Virus record (IMG/VR): IMGVR_UViG_3300008107_000208
Location: 1 to 64,000 of that record
DNA: 64,000 nt
Origin: an uncultured virus (IMG/VR IMGVR_UViG_3300008107_000208)
Lineage: Duplodnaviria; Heunggongvirae; Uroviricota; Caudoviricetes
Direction: 5' to 3' (one strand)
Made by a program: the position numbers and the translations under genes. Shown one piece after another: positions 27,589-37,336 of this stretch (the stretch's first letter is position 1; the number at the start of each line of letters is the position of its first letter). The notes below the pieces were generated by a model. The model searched no databases and was not told where the DNA came from. It was given only the letters and a program-made list of their open reading frames with translations.

Positions 27589-28167
27589 ATGGGAAGAAAA
27601 TCATCTATTAGTGTTGGAGATGTCATAGGCAACTTTACCGTATTGGATGTAATACCAGCAAAAGGTCCAGGTCATCATGTTAAAGGGAAAGTAAAATGTT
27701 CTATATGTGGTGGGACTAAAGAAATGTATAGTTTTAACATAAGAAGAAGATATTCTTGTGGATGTTCTCAAAGAGATGTATCTACTTGGAAATCAAAAGG
27801 GGCAAAAAATATGCCTTGGAAATTATCTTATGGTGAAGCCGCAAAAAACGACCTATACTCCACATATAGAACTTCTGCTAATAGAAGAGGATTAAACTTT
27901 GACATTGATGTAAATTTTTTTACAGAAAATGTAGTAAAATCTTGTTCTTATTGTGGTGATTCATTATCTTCCGTAAAAAAATCGCAATCAAAAACTGGCG
28001 GTGATTTTTTATATACTGGAATTGATAGGATTGATAGTACTAAAGGTTATACAGAAGATAATTGTACCCCTTGCTGTAAAATTTGTAATGTGATGAAGTG
28101 GGATTTATCTTTGGAAGATTTTACCAATCATATTATGAAAATATCTTCTCATTTAAACAATAAATAA
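27589..28167 (+). CDS. Putative free-standing HNH-type homing endonuclease
   Basis: CSYCG...GIDRIDS.KGY...N..PCC..CN..K; N-terminal CxxC/SCGC; inserted next to thyX. Confidence 0.8.
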   Translation: MGRKSSISVGDVIGNFTVLDVIPAKGPGHHVKGKVKCSICGGTKEMYSFNIRRRYSCGCSQRDVSTWKSKGAKNMPWKLSYGEAAKNDLYSTYRTSANRRGLNFDIDVNFFTENVVKSCSYCGDSLSSVKKSQSKTGGDFLYTGIDRIDSTKGYTEDNCTPCCKICNVMKWDLSLEDFTNHIMKISSHLNNK

Positions 28168-28193
28168 GTTCATATCATTAGGAGGTGAAAATT

Positions 28194-28442
28194 TTGGCAA
28201 CATATCCTGTAGTCCACAAAGAAACTGGTGAACAAAAAGAAGTGACGATGAGCGTCAACGAATGGGACCAGTGGAAAGTGGAAAATCCAGAATGGATTCG
28301 AGACTGGTCTGATCCTTCTACCTGCCCACAACCTGGTGAAGTGGGTGAGTGGAAGGACAAACTCAGGAAGAAGAATCCTGGATGGAACGATGTGCTGCAC
28401 CGTGCAGCGAAAATGCCTGGTTCTAAAGTAAACAAAATCTAA
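28194..28442 (+). CDS. Conserved hypothetical protein upstream of phoH
   Basis: AGGAGG RBS then TTG start giving MATYPVVHKETGE. Confidence 0.75.
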   Translation: MATYPVVHKETGEQKEVTMSVNEWDQWKVENPEWIRDWSDPSTCPQPGEVGEWKDKLRKKNPGWNDVLHRAAKMPGSKVNKI

Positions 28443-29200
28443 TGGCAAGAAGAAAAAGATCGTCTGCAGAGCAACCTATCGGGGTTGGTCTCACTGCAAA
28501 GCAGATGAAGAGGAAGAAACCTCTAAGTTCCGATTACCTTATTGATATTGATCCCCTTACGGATAATCAAAAAAGATTATTTAATTCCTATCAAGAAGGT
28601 AAACATTTAGTAGCATATGGTTGTGCTGGTACTGGTAAAACCTTTATCACACTTTATAATGCTCTTCAAGATGTATTGAATGAACATACACCTTATGAAC
28701 GCATTTACCTTGTTCGTTCTCTAGTTGCTACCAGAGAGATTGGGTTCCTTCCTGGTTCTCATGAAGATAAGGCGGATATTTACCAAATTCCTTATAAGAA
28801 TATGGTGAAATATATGTTCCAGATGCCTAGTGATGCTGATTTCGAGATGCTCTATGGTAATCTCAAGTCACAAGAAACAATCAAGTTTTGGAGTACTTCG
28901 TTCCTTCGTGGAACTACACTTGATAACTCTATTATTATTGTTGATGAATATCAGAACCTAAACTTCCATGAATTAGACTCTATTATCACTCGTGTTGGTG
29001 AAAATACTAGAATTTGTTTCTGTGGTGATGCGGTTCAGTCTGATTTGCAGAAGTCAAATGAGCGTAATGGTATTCATGATTTTATGAGTGTATTGCGTAA
29101 AATGCCTTCTTTTGATATAATTGAATTTGGGGTTGATGATATTGTCCGCTCTGGACTTGTTAAAGAATACATTCTCGCAAAAATGGAAGCAGGTTTTTAA
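28442..29200 (+). CDS. phoH: PhoH-like ATPase
   Basis: GCAGTGKT, IGFLPG, RGTT, DE.QN, GD..QSD. Confidence 0.97.
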   Translation: MARRKRSSAEQPIGVGLTAKQMKRKKPLSSDYLIDIDPLTDNQKRLFNSYQEGKHLVAYGCAGTGKTFITLYNALQDVLNEHTPYERIYLVRSLVATREIGFLPGSHEDKADIYQIPYKNMVKYMFQMPSDADFEMLYGNLKSQETIKFWSTSFLRGTTLDNSIIIVDEYQNLNFHELDSIITRVGENTRICFCGDAVQSDLQKSNERNGIHDFMSVLRKMPSFDIIEFGVDDIVRSGLVKEYILAKMEAGF

Positions 29201-29877
29201 TGTTCAGTCATGTTGATATTGATCTCCCTCAACTTGAGAGGGAGACTATTGATGGTGTAAGGTATTACAGAGTTCCTACAGAAGAAGAACTTCTTAGACT
29301 GGTCTCCATCACTTCGGTGACCAGTCATTTTAATAGGGAGATTTTCGTCAACTGGAGAAAGAAAGTCGGTGATGAAGAAGCAGATCGTATCACGAAGGCA
29401 GCAACAAGTCGTGGTACAGACATGCATACTCTGGTAGAACATCATCTGAAGAATGAAGAACTACCAAAAGTACAACCAATTTCTGATTTCCTCTTTAAAA
29501 TTTCAAAATCAGACTTAAATCGTATAAATAATATTTACGCCCTTGAAGGGTCCCTATATAGTAAGCAACTAGGTATTGCTGGGACAGTTGACTGCATCGC
29601 TGAATATGACGGTGAGTTAGCTATAATCGACTTTAAGACTTCTAAAAAACCAAAACCACGAGAGTGGATCGAACACTATTTTGTTCAATGTATGGCTTAC
29701 GGATGTATGCTGTACGAACTGACTGGTATTTCAGTTAAAAAACTTGTAATCATCATGGCTTGTGAAAATGGAGAATGCGTCGTCTATGAAGAACGAGACA
29801 AATCAAAGTACATCAAACTTCTCAGCGAATACATTAGAAAGTTTGTTAGAGATAAACTGGAACTCTATGGAAAATAA
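29200..29877 (+). CDS. PD-(D/E)xK exonuclease (cyanomyovirus exonuclease type)
   Basis: SIT, RGT..H, AGTVDC, IIDFKTS, Q..AY. Confidence 0.88.
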   Translation: MFSHVDIDLPQLERETIDGVRYYRVPTEEELLRLVSITSVTSHFNREIFVNWRKKVGDEEADRITKAATSRGTDMHTLVEHHLKNEELPKVQPISDFLFKISKSDLNRINNIYALEGSLYSKQLGIAGTVDCIAEYDGELAIIDFKTSKKPKPREWIEHYFVQCMAYGCMLYELTGISVKKLVIIMACENGECVVYEERDKSKYIKLLSEYIRKFVRDKLELYGK

Positions 29878-30127
29878 CAAAGAACTAGAACAAGCAATAG
29901 AAAGTAAGTTTCTGACTCCTTCTAAATTCGCTCTTGAAATTGAGAAGATTGTGATTGAAGAAAACTTCAACTACATTGATGCTATCTGTCACTATTGTGA
30001 AATTAACAGTCTTGAGGTAGAATCAGTCACGAAGCTTATCTCAAAACCATTAAAAGAGAGATTGAAGTGGGATGCTATCCGTCTCAACTTTATGAAGAAG
30101 ACTTCGAAGGCAAAACTTCCTCTGTAA
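29867..30127 (+). CDS. gp33: Late transcription coactivator gp33
   Basis: F...IE..V......YIDAI...C, LKE.L..DA..LN; position before gp59/gp32. Confidence 0.85.
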   Translation: MENNKELEQAIESKFLTPSKFALEIEKIVIEENFNYIDAICHYCEINSLEVESVTKLISKPLKERLKWDAIRLNFMKKTSKAKLPL

Positions 30128-30153
30128 ACTAAATACATAAAAGACAACTTCAA

Positions 30154-30669
30154 ATGAAAACGTTTAATCAGTTTATATCTGTAATAAACGAAATGAAAGC
30201 TGGATATATCACTGGTGACGAAACTCACGGAGGATATGATCCAAGTCATGGTGGTAAAAATTATCATGATCATTTGGAGTTTGATGATAAAAAGACTAGA
30301 GATGCTGCTATAGCATGGATGAAAAAACAGGGTTGGGAGATTGGTTCCACCTCTGGAGGAAAGCACTCTAAAGGATCAAGGCACTATTCTGATAGAGCAT
30401 TTGATATCCCAATGTATAGACCTTCTGGTGGGGTACAAAAAGGTTTCTCTGATGATAAGATTGGAGAAAGAGCAATGAGTTCCTCAATTCGCAATGATTT
30501 AGCAAGAGCTGGATTTAGCATTTCTTCTGTATATGGCGGTGGTTATACCCCACCAAAAGTTCTTTCAAAACTAAAGGGAGTTGAGGGAACTGGTGTTGGT
30601 AAAGACTTTGTTGCTAGACAATGGAGTGATACTGAAAAATCAAGATATACTGCTTGGGGAGGAAAGTAA
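30154..30669 (+). CDS. Hypothetical protein with M15/LAS-like Zn-peptidase motifs
   Basis: SRHYSDRAFD (SxHxxxxAxD) and HDH; MKTFNQF N-terminus; CTAAATA late-like promoter. Confidence 0.55.
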   Translation: MKTFNQFISVINEMKAGYITGDETHGGYDPSHGGKNYHDHLEFDDKKTRDAAIAWMKKQGWEIGSTSGGKHSKGSRHYSDRAFDIPMYRPSGGVQKGFSDDKIGERAMSSSIRNDLARAGFSISSVYGGGYTPPKVLSKLKGVEGTGVGKDFVARQWSDTEKSRYTAWGGK

Positions 30670-30684
30670 TTTTTGAAGTTTATT

Positions 30685-31275
30685 ATGTCACCATTTGAAA
30701 CTTATCAAACTTATCTTTCGATGAAAAGTCATTTTACGAACAGTAAATATGACTTTTTTAAGTATGGAGGAAAGTCACGGGCAACTGTGACTTCTTTCAA
30801 TAAACGTAAAGACAAATACTGGTTTGAGAAGACCAGCCGTAAATATTCTGATGAGGAAGTCAAAGACTTTCTACTTGCAAATTTTGTATCCGCAGACAAC
30901 CCACAAAACTTATGGATTGGAGAAATTATCAATTCTGGCGAAAGAACATACGCAGAGTGGATGAGGCGTCAACAGAGTTTGACCTACTTATTCAAAGAGC
31001 AAAGCAACGAATTGTTATCGGAGAACGAGTTAGAGAGTTTGTTCAACTGTACCAAAGGTCACCCTCCGATACTCAAAAAGTTTCTAAGCGGGCAACTATC
31101 GCTAGAAACTTTCACAATCTACGAAAAAATATTCCATTTCTCAAACGATTTTGATAAGAAACTTCTGGACCCTGTGTGGGAAACCGTAAGTTTGAAATTG
31201 AAAAAATATTCCCCATTCCTAAATATTGATGTGTTCAACTACCGAAAGATTTTGCGGTCCATTATCAATGAGTGA
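30685..31275 (+). CDS. gp59: Helicase loader gp59
   Basis: Y..YL..K.HF....YD..KY.GK...F.KRKDKY.F. Confidence 0.9.
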   Translation: MSPFETYQTYLSMKSHFTNSKYDFFKYGGKSRATVTSFNKRKDKYWFEKTSRKYSDEEVKDFLLANFVSADNPQNLWIGEIINSGERTYAEWMRRQQSLTYLFKEQSNELLSENELESLFNCTKGHPPILKKFLSGQLSLETFTIYEKIFHFSNDFDKKLLDPVWETVSLKLKKYSPFLNIDVFNYRKILRSIINE

Positions 31276-31600
31276 ATTTTTTAAATCCGATATTATTCAA
31301 GAAGAACTTGAAGAAATTAATAATCTTCAAGAACAAATCTATGGAAGTATCCTTACCTTTGGTGTAATGGATAATGAAACCAAGAAAGAACACGTTGAAA
31401 AGTTACAGACCTTGCTAGAAAAGCAAAGGATCATGTATACTAGATTGTCTCTTTCAGATGACCCACAGGCGGTTGAGATGAAAGAGAATCTTCGCAAATC
31501 GGTAGCACTGATGGGATTCCCACCAGAGACCGATATGCAAGTTTTATTCGACAGTATGAATCAGACAATCGAATCCCTCAAGCAATATCTTGACGACTGA
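31268..31600 (+). CDS. Conserved cyanophage helical protein (DUF1825-like)
   Basis: FF.SDI.Q.E, LEKQ...Y.RL.LSDDP.A. Confidence 0.75.
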   Translation: MSEFFKSDIIQEELEEINNLQEQIYGSILTFGVMDNETKKEHVEKLQTLLEKQRIMYTRLSLSDDPQAVEMKENLRKSVALMGFPPETDMQVLFDSMNQTIESLKQYLDD

Positions 31601-31618
31601 GGGCATCCCTGTTATACT
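31590..31618 (+). promoter_or_regulatory. sigma70-type promoter of gp32
   Basis: TTGACG-17 nt-TATACT. Confidence 0.7.
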
Positions 31619-31661
31619 ATCCGAGTAATCCCCCGAATCCAATTAATCCGAGGTAATCCAA

Positions 31662-32591
31662 ATGTCTTTCGCAGACCTTAAGAAGCAATCTAAGCTTGGC
31701 TCCCTGACCGCAAAACTGGTCAAGGAAGTCGAAAAAATGAATAACAATGGCGGTTCCAGTGGCGATGAGCGCCTGTGGAAACTAGAATGTGATAAGAGCG
31801 GCAATGGTTATGCCGTCATCCGTTTCCTGCCTGCTCCGAACGGTGAGGACCTTCCGTTCGTGAAACTCTACAGTCACGCATTCCAAGGTCCTGGTGGTTG
31901 GTATATTGAGAACTCTCTGACCACTCTGGGTCAGAAGGATCCTGTGTCTGAGCACAACACGATGCTGTGGAACAACGGCACTGATGTGGGTAAAGAACAG
32001 GCACGTAAACAGAAGCGTAAACTGACTTACATTGCTAACATCTATGTGGTCAAGGATCCCGCTAACCCCTCTAACGAAGGTAAAGTCTTCCTGTATAAGT
32101 TCGGTAAGAAGATCTTCGACAAACTCACTGCTGCGATGCAACCTGAGTTTGAGGATGAGGAAGCAATTGATCCGTTCGATTTCTGGCAGGGTGCTAACTT
32201 CAAACTGAAGGCAAAGAACGTTGCTGGTTATCGTAACTACGACTCCAGTGAGTTTGCTCGTCCCGATGCTCTTCTGGAAGATGACGATGCGATGGAAGCA
32301 ATCTGGAAGAAGCAGTATTCTCTCGCTGAACTTGTTGCTGCTGATCAGTTCAAGTCTTATGATGATCTGAAGAAGCGCCTTGACTATGTTCTTGGTAACA
32401 AGGGCACTCCTCGCTATCAAGATCCTGATGAGGGTGAAGAAGAAGAATACACTCGTGGTTCTTCCCGTGAACTCACGGAAGATCTTCGTGGAGAACTGAA
32501 TTCTCTTCAACCTACTCGCACTGTATCTTCTGCTGACGAAGATGAGGATGATGATACTCTTTCTTACTTTGCACGACTTGCTGAAGAGTGA
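31662..32591 (+). CDS. gp32: Single-stranded DNA-binding protein gp32
   Basis: D.R.WK...GNG.AVIRFLP, YIEN, GANFKLK, NYD.S.F, acidic tail. Confidence 0.97.
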   Translation: MSFADLKKQSKLGSLTAKLVKEVEKMNNNGGSSGDERLWKLECDKSGNGYAVIRFLPAPNGEDLPFVKLYSHAFQGPGGWYIENSLTTLGQKDPVSEHNTMLWNNGTDVGKEQARKQKRKLTYIANIYVVKDPANPSNEGKVFLYKFGKKIFDKLTAAMQPEFEDEEAIDPFDFWQGANFKLKAKNVAGYRNYDSSEFARPDALLEDDDAMEAIWKKQYSLAELVAADQFKSYDDLKKRLDYVLGNKGTPRYQDPDEGEEEEYTRGSSRELTEDLRGELNSLQPTRTVSSADEDEDDDTLSYFARLAEE

Positions 32592-32652
32592 AGTATAATC
32601 AAATCTGCCTAATACTTTTAGTTGTAGCAGCATACATTAATTTACTGTTCAA

Positions 32653-32967
32653 GTGAAAACAGATTATTACATTGACCGTGTAAGTAAATCCGAAGCCGCA
32701 GAGTTACTTCTGCGGTTTCATTATCTTAAGGACTTTTCTAAAGGATTTAAGAGCGGATATAACTACGGTTTATATGAGAGCAATGATTTTAGCCCACTGA
32801 ATATTGGTGGTATTAAAGGAGTCTGTATCTTTACAGGTCTCCCTGTCCCAGAAGTAGCACAAGGAGCATTTGGACTAGCACGAAATGAGCAAGAAGGACT
32901 CTTTGAACTTTCACGCCTTTGCGTACACCCTGAAACCCAACGAGCAGAATATTGTGATGATATTTGA
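32653..32967 (+). pseudogene. Truncated Mom-like (GNAT) DNA-modification gene
   Basis: HYL, GV..F, ELSRLC present; the SYAD...G.IY.A.N half expected for the family is absent. Confidence 0.55.
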
Positions 32968-32980
32968 TAAGAATTTAGAG

Positions 32981-33631
32981 TTACTGTGGTGAAGTGTTTC
33001 TAGTATTTTCAGTAGCAGCAAGTTGCTTATTGATATATTGAGAAGACTTTTCATACTTCATAATTCTTCTCATATCACTAAGATAGAGTTGTAGGTAGTC
33101 TGGTTTTAATAGATAGACCTGTCTCTTTTGCTCATTTAGTCTTACTTCATACTCATAGTTAGTAACACCACCAACAGGATTTAAATTTGCTGTTGGTATA
33201 TTTGGATTTGGAATTGAGAAATTTGAATCTACAACTTTACCTTTAGGAAGAATAAGCCTTCCAGAAGAATCTTTCACTTCAGTTGTTTCATAGAATCTAA
33301 TTGTATTCAGATTACTACCATACTTATTTTCTGCATACTTATAAAGTTCGTAATCTGAAAGTGGCCACTGGTCTCTAACATTTACAATACCAGCGGTTAA
33401 AAGAACAACCCAATCATAAGATACGTCACCATAAAGTCTATTGGCGACAGTTTCTGGTCTTTCTCCTTGTTGGATTTGGTATTTGTTGAATAGAGTAAAA
33501 ACATTCTGTAAGTCATCACGAAGTTTGACTCTTCTAAAAAGATTCTTTACTCTTACATATTCGGTAGATGAAGTTCTATCTTTAAATGGGGACTGATAGA
33601 ATAAGTCTGGTAGTTCTCTAAAGTAACTCAT
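32981..33631 (-). CDS. gp53: Baseplate wedge subunit gp53
   Basis: YF...P, GERPE.VA..LYG....WVVL, WPL, YEYE...NE.KR. Confidence 0.9.
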   Translation of the reverse strand: MSYFRELPDLFYQSPFKDRTSSTEYVRVKNLFRRVKLRDDLQNVFTLFNKYQIQQGERPETVANRLYGDVSYDWVVLLTAGIVNVRDQWPLSDYELYKYAENKYGSNLNTIRFYETTEVKDSSGRLILPKGKVVDSNFSIPNPNIPTANLNPVGGVTNYEYEVRLNEQKRQVYLLKPDYLQLYLSDMRRIMKYEKSSQYINKQLAATENTRNTSPQ

Positions 33632-33632
33632 T

Positions 33633-34709
33633 TTAGTAACCTACAGCATGACCTTGGTTCACTGGATCTTCACCTGGAGCATATGGACCACTATATTGCT
33701 CCTCGTTATAATCTTCAAAGTATATTGGATTAAGTTCTTTAAATGATAAAGACATTGTTATATGAGTTGGTGTTCCATCCCAGAAGGTTGAATAAGTTCC
33801 AGAACCTGTGTAGTTCACTTGTAGATCTACCAGAGCCATTGGTTTAAACTTATTCAATATTGGGTGGTTTTTACCACCTTTCATATAAGTCAGTTGGAAA
33901 AGATCTGGAGCGGAAATGAAGACACCTTGAATCTTAGAGTTTCCACTTGCGTTTTTCTTAGCACTCATTCTTGCTTTCAGGGTACGAATAATAAGAATGA
34001 CTTGTTCCGCTTCTTTCTTATTTCTTGGAAAGAATTCAAAGCTAAACTGGAAATTTCTAAGACCAACACCATCAAATAATAGTTCCAGGTTTGGATTAAA
34101 TACTTGACCAGTTGCTCTTGAAATTAATTCATTAGCACTTACGTTACCACCTAAGACACCAATTGCGGTAGAGGAAACAACATTCTGTATGGCTTTCAAT
34201 GCTTGTGAATCAGCTCCAATTCCACTTACTCCATCCGTCAACGCCTTTAGGGCAGCATTTAATGCTGCTGTTGGATTATCTTGAAATTGATTACCAAAAC
34301 CAATACCAAAGGCTTCTGCTGGATTTAATTTTCCCTCTCCCCAACTAATTTGTGTGGTATCACCTATTTGTTCTGGTATTGGTAGATAAATTGTATGAAG
34401 TATTCCTTTCGTTCTTTTAGTTTCTTCTACTTTTGAAGATATCGTAGGTAATTGAAAGTTTGCCTTCTCTTTTATTTTTACAGTTGGATTTTCTACATTC
34501 TGATCTGTTGGAACATCAAAAAGAGAATCTAAGTTAATTGCTGGAGACTCATATTTGATTATCTCAATTCTCAAATAATCAGAGTCGTTATCGATTCTAG
34601 CATATGGATACCTTAAAACCTTGTCCTTTTGAGCAGTTGCTTTCTCTCCAGGTTTAGGTGAATTTGGTTGATTTCCTTGATATGGAATTACATCTAAGGG
34701 TATCGCCAT
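33633..34709 (-). CDS. gp48: Baseplate tail-tube cap gp48
   Basis: IYLP.P, NPN.E.LF.G..LR.F.F.F.F.P, L.F.E. Confidence 0.85.
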   Translation of the reverse strand: MAIPLDVIPYQGNQPNSPKPGEKATAQKDKVLRYPYARIDNDSDYLRIEIIKYESPAINLDSLFDVPTDQNVENPTVKIKEKANFQLPTISSKVEETKRTKGILHTIYLPIPEQIGDTTQISWGEGKLNPAEAFGIGFGNQFQDNPTAALNAALKALTDGVSGIGADSQALKAIQNVVSSTAIGVLGGNVSANELISRATGQVFNPNLELLFDGVGLRNFQFSFEFFPRNKKEAEQVILIIRTLKARMSAKKNASGNSKIQGVFISAPDLFQLTYMKGGKNHPILNKFKPMALVDLQVNYTGSGTYSTFWDGTPTHITMSLSFKELNPIYFEDYNEEQYSGPYAPGEDPVNQGHAVGY

Positions 34710-34718
34710 TTATGTTTT

Positions 34719-35126
34719 TTAAGTATTTAGTCGAAAATTAGCAAAAGGTATCATCTGCAAATCTTTCACTTCCGATGGATAGACTTCATACAACCCACCA
34801 GCAACTTCATTCCAAGTATATTGTCTGGTCTCACCCCAATGGAAGTTCAGACCACGAAAACCCCACTGGAATACATCAGTAACAGCAACAAAAGGGTTTT
34901 GATCATAGTTCAGTGATGCTGTCTTGGCGCTGTAAACAAAGATATAAATCTTACCTGCTTCAGGTATCTTAGGTCCTTCATTTAGAACTGCTAAGAGTTC
35001 TACCATAATATCATCAGGGTCTTTGATACCAATAATACTATCACTTATCCCACGGACTCGGTTTACATTTGTATCCGTATCTGTGGGTCTTTTTGTTGTT
35101 TGTTGCTTGACTGTCTTTCTAGGCAT
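34719..35126 (-). CDS. gp2-like DNA end protector (short form)
   Basis: G..Y.F.Y.AKT...YD..P, F.GLNFH; adjacent to gp4. Confidence 0.65.
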   Translation of the reverse strand: MPRKTVKQQTTKRPTDTDTNVNRVRGISDSIIGIKDPDDIMVELLAVLNEGPKIPEAGKIYIFVYSAKTASLNYDQNPFVAVTDVFQWGFRGLNFHWGETRQYTWNEVAGGLYEVYPSEVKDLQMIPFANFRLNT

Positions 35127-35563
35127 TACTTGATACCTAATTCTTTCTCAGTAAAGACTCTGAACTCATAACCCCTATCAAGACACCATTCTTTTGCTGC
35201 TTCCCACTTTGCCTGGTTTTTAGCATACTCGTATGCCTCACGCAAGTAACCTTGAGTTTGTCTCTTTGGTTTTGGTGGAGGTGCAGTTTGACGTAGAGGT
35301 TTAATCTCAATAATATACTTTTTAATGTTTCCAGTTGATTCTTTTACTTTAATGTAAAAGTCTGGAAAATATCTATGTGGTTTATTGTCTACTGGAGACT
35401 TATACCACACATACATTTCTTCACTACCCCATTCTAATATATTTGGGTTATTATCACAGTAACGACAAAACTTTCTTTCCCATAATGATCTATAGATTAT
35501 ATTTGATGGGTCACCTTTGTATTTTTTTGGGTTAGAAGGTTGATACTTTCCCTTATATGCCAT
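35126..35563 (-). CDS. gp4: Head completion nuclease gp4
   Basis: YKG...P.NP.KY.GD...I.YRS.WE, YFPDF, EIKP, N.AKW. Confidence 0.95.
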   Translation of the reverse strand: MAYKGKYQPSNPKKYKGDPSNIIYRSLWERKFCRYCDNNPNILEWGSEEMYVWYKSPVDNKPHRYFPDFYIKVKESTGNIKKYIIEIKPLRQTAPPPKPKRQTQGYLREAYEYAKNQAKWEAAKEWCLDRGYEFRVFTEKELGIK

Positions 35564-35604
35564 CTAAATAACTAATAATGTAAGACTCGTATAAGGTATT
35601 TAGA
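35563..35604. promoter_or_regulatory. Pair of opposed late-type promoters between divergent genes
   Basis: TCTAAATA (+, 35563-35570) and its exact reverse complement (35597-35604). Confidence 0.55.
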
Positions 35605-36405
35605 GTGGCAGCACCTAGACCAAGAAGGATATCGGATTTTAAACCAGCACTAACAAATCTAGCGCAAACTTCACATTATCAGGTTGTTTTTGGTGGTCTA
35701 CCATTACCTTTAAGACAACATTTGAATGTCCGTGGAGTTGGTTATAGGTTTATTACTGAGACATCAGGACTTCTGTGCTATTCTGCTTCGTTACCTGGAA
35801 GTGCTCTTGCTACTGCGAATATTAAGGGAAACTTTATGGGAGTCGTTGAAAATATGGCTCACACAAGATTGTTTACTGAGATAGGTCTTGAGTTTTATGT
35901 TGATAATGAGTATAAAACTCTGAAGTTCTTAGAACATTGGATGGACTTCATTTCTAATGGATCCGCACATAGAAAAGCATCTGATGATTATTATTTTAGG
36001 ATGGAATATCCAGAAGATTATAAATCAAACCAAACAAAAATTATTAAGTTTGATAGAGATTATAAAGAAGATATAGAATATACTTTCTGGGGTCTTTTTC
36101 CAAGAGATCTTTCATCAACAGTAGTGAAATATGATGCATCGGAGATATTAAAAGCATCAGTACGCTTTAGTTACGACAGATATATTTGTGGTAGAAGTGA
36201 TAGTTACTCTATTCACAGAGGAACTGATGATAATAAGAAAAATGATAATTCAAATCAATCAACTGGTAATGAAGGACAGAGATATGTTCCAGTTTCTGCT
36301 GGTGCTGCTCAGGCTGGTGGAGTTAGATTTATTCCTGAAGGTATGACTTATGCTGAAGCACTTAACAAGGGACAAGTCTACAATAGCCCCTATGGACCTA
36401 GATAA
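35605..36405 (+). CDS. Tail-tube-fold baseplate protein (gp19/gp54-like)
   Basis: LC..ASLPG, F.VD, FLE.W, FP..L....V.F.Y; upstream of gp26. Confidence 0.7.
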   Translation: MAAPRPRRISDFKPALTNLAQTSHYQVVFGGLPLPLRQHLNVRGVGYRFITETSGLLCYSASLPGSALATANIKGNFMGVVENMAHTRLFTEIGLEFYVDNEYKTLKFLEHWMDFISNGSAHRKASDDYYFRMEYPEDYKSNQTKIIKFDRDYKEDIEYTFWGLFPRDLSSTVVKYDASEILKASVRFSYDRYICGRSDSYSIHRGTDDNKKNDNSNQSTGNEGQRYVPVSAGAAQAGGVRFIPEGMTYAEALNKGQVYNSPYGPR

Positions 36406-36434
36406 ATATTTTTAACTGAACTTTTTGGGTTGTT

Positions 36435-37151
36435 ATGCCTTTACCAAAAATATCTACACCAACCTATGAGTTGGAACTTCCTTCTAATGGAAAGAAAATT
36501 AGATATCGCCCTTTTCTTGTAAGAGAAGAAAAGATTCTTATCATCGCAATGGAAAGCGAAGATGATAAGCAAATCACAAATGCTGTTAAGGAAGTTATTT
36601 CTAACTGTATCCTAAGCAGAGGAATTAAAATCGAACAACTGTCTACATTTGATATTGAATATATCTTTTTGAACATCAGAGGTAAATCTGTTGGCGAAGA
36701 AGTGGAAGTTATTGTAACATGTCCAGATGATGGAACTACCCAAGTTCCCGTAACAATCAACTTAGATGATATCAAAGTTGAGACTGGAAAGAACCATAAT
36801 AGAGATATCAAACTTGATAATGATCTTATTCTGAGGATGAAGTATCCATCTATGGAAGAATTTGTGAAAAATAATTTCAGCACCGAAGAGCTAAACTTAG
36901 ATAATACTTTTGATCTAATCTCTTCCTGCATTGAGCAAGTCTATTCTGAGGAAGAGTCTTGGTCAGCATCGGACTGTTCTAAGAAAGAACTTAGAGAATT
37001 TCTTGAGCAGTTGAGTTCAAAACAATTCAAAGAGATTGAAACATTCTTTGAGACAATGCCAAAATTGTCTCATACTGTTACGGTGATGAATCCAAATACA
37101 AAGGTTGAAAATGAAATTGTTCTGGAGGGATTAAATGCTTTTTTCGGGTAA
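36435..37151 (+). CDS. gp26: Baseplate hub subunit gp26
   Basis: MPLPKI..P.Y.L.LPS, RPFLV.EEK, FD.EY.FL..R.KSVGE, GL..FF. Confidence 0.93.
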   Translation: MPLPKISTPTYELELPSNGKKIRYRPFLVREEKILIIAMESEDDKQITNAVKEVISNCILSRGIKIEQLSTFDIEYIFLNIRGKSVGEEVEVIVTCPDDGTTQVPVTINLDDIKVETGKNHNRDIKLDNDLILRMKYPSMEEFVKNNFSTEELNLDNTFDLISSCIEQVYSEEESWSASDCSKKELREFLEQLSSKQFKEIETFFETMPKLSHTVTVMNPNTKVENEIVLEGLNAFFG

Positions 37152-37153
37152 GT

Positions 37154-37336
37154 ATGGCTCATGAAGATCTTGAGTCATACTACAAGATAAATTTTGCCTT
37201 GATGCAGCATCATAAATACTCATTGACTGAACTAGAGAATATGATACCTTGGGAAAGAGAAGTTTATCTCACTTTCCTAAAACAATATATTGAGGAAGAA
37301 AATTTAAAACAACAGCAATCTGAACTAAATGGCTGA
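37154..37336 (+). CDS. gp51: Baseplate hub assembly protein gp51
   Basis: YY..NF.LMQHHKYSLTE.ENM.PWER..Y. Confidence 0.9.
   Translation: MAHEDLESYYKINFALMQHHKYSLTELENMIPWEREVYLTFLKQYIEEENLKQQQSELNG

Noticed and set aside
29200..29877. Cas4 or CRISPR adaptation gene
   Set aside because: Lacks the Cas4 four-Cys cluster pattern; sits in the usual phoH-exonuclease-gp33 core context
31782..32633. 283-aa antisense ORF
   Set aside because: Mirror of gp32 arising from codon bias
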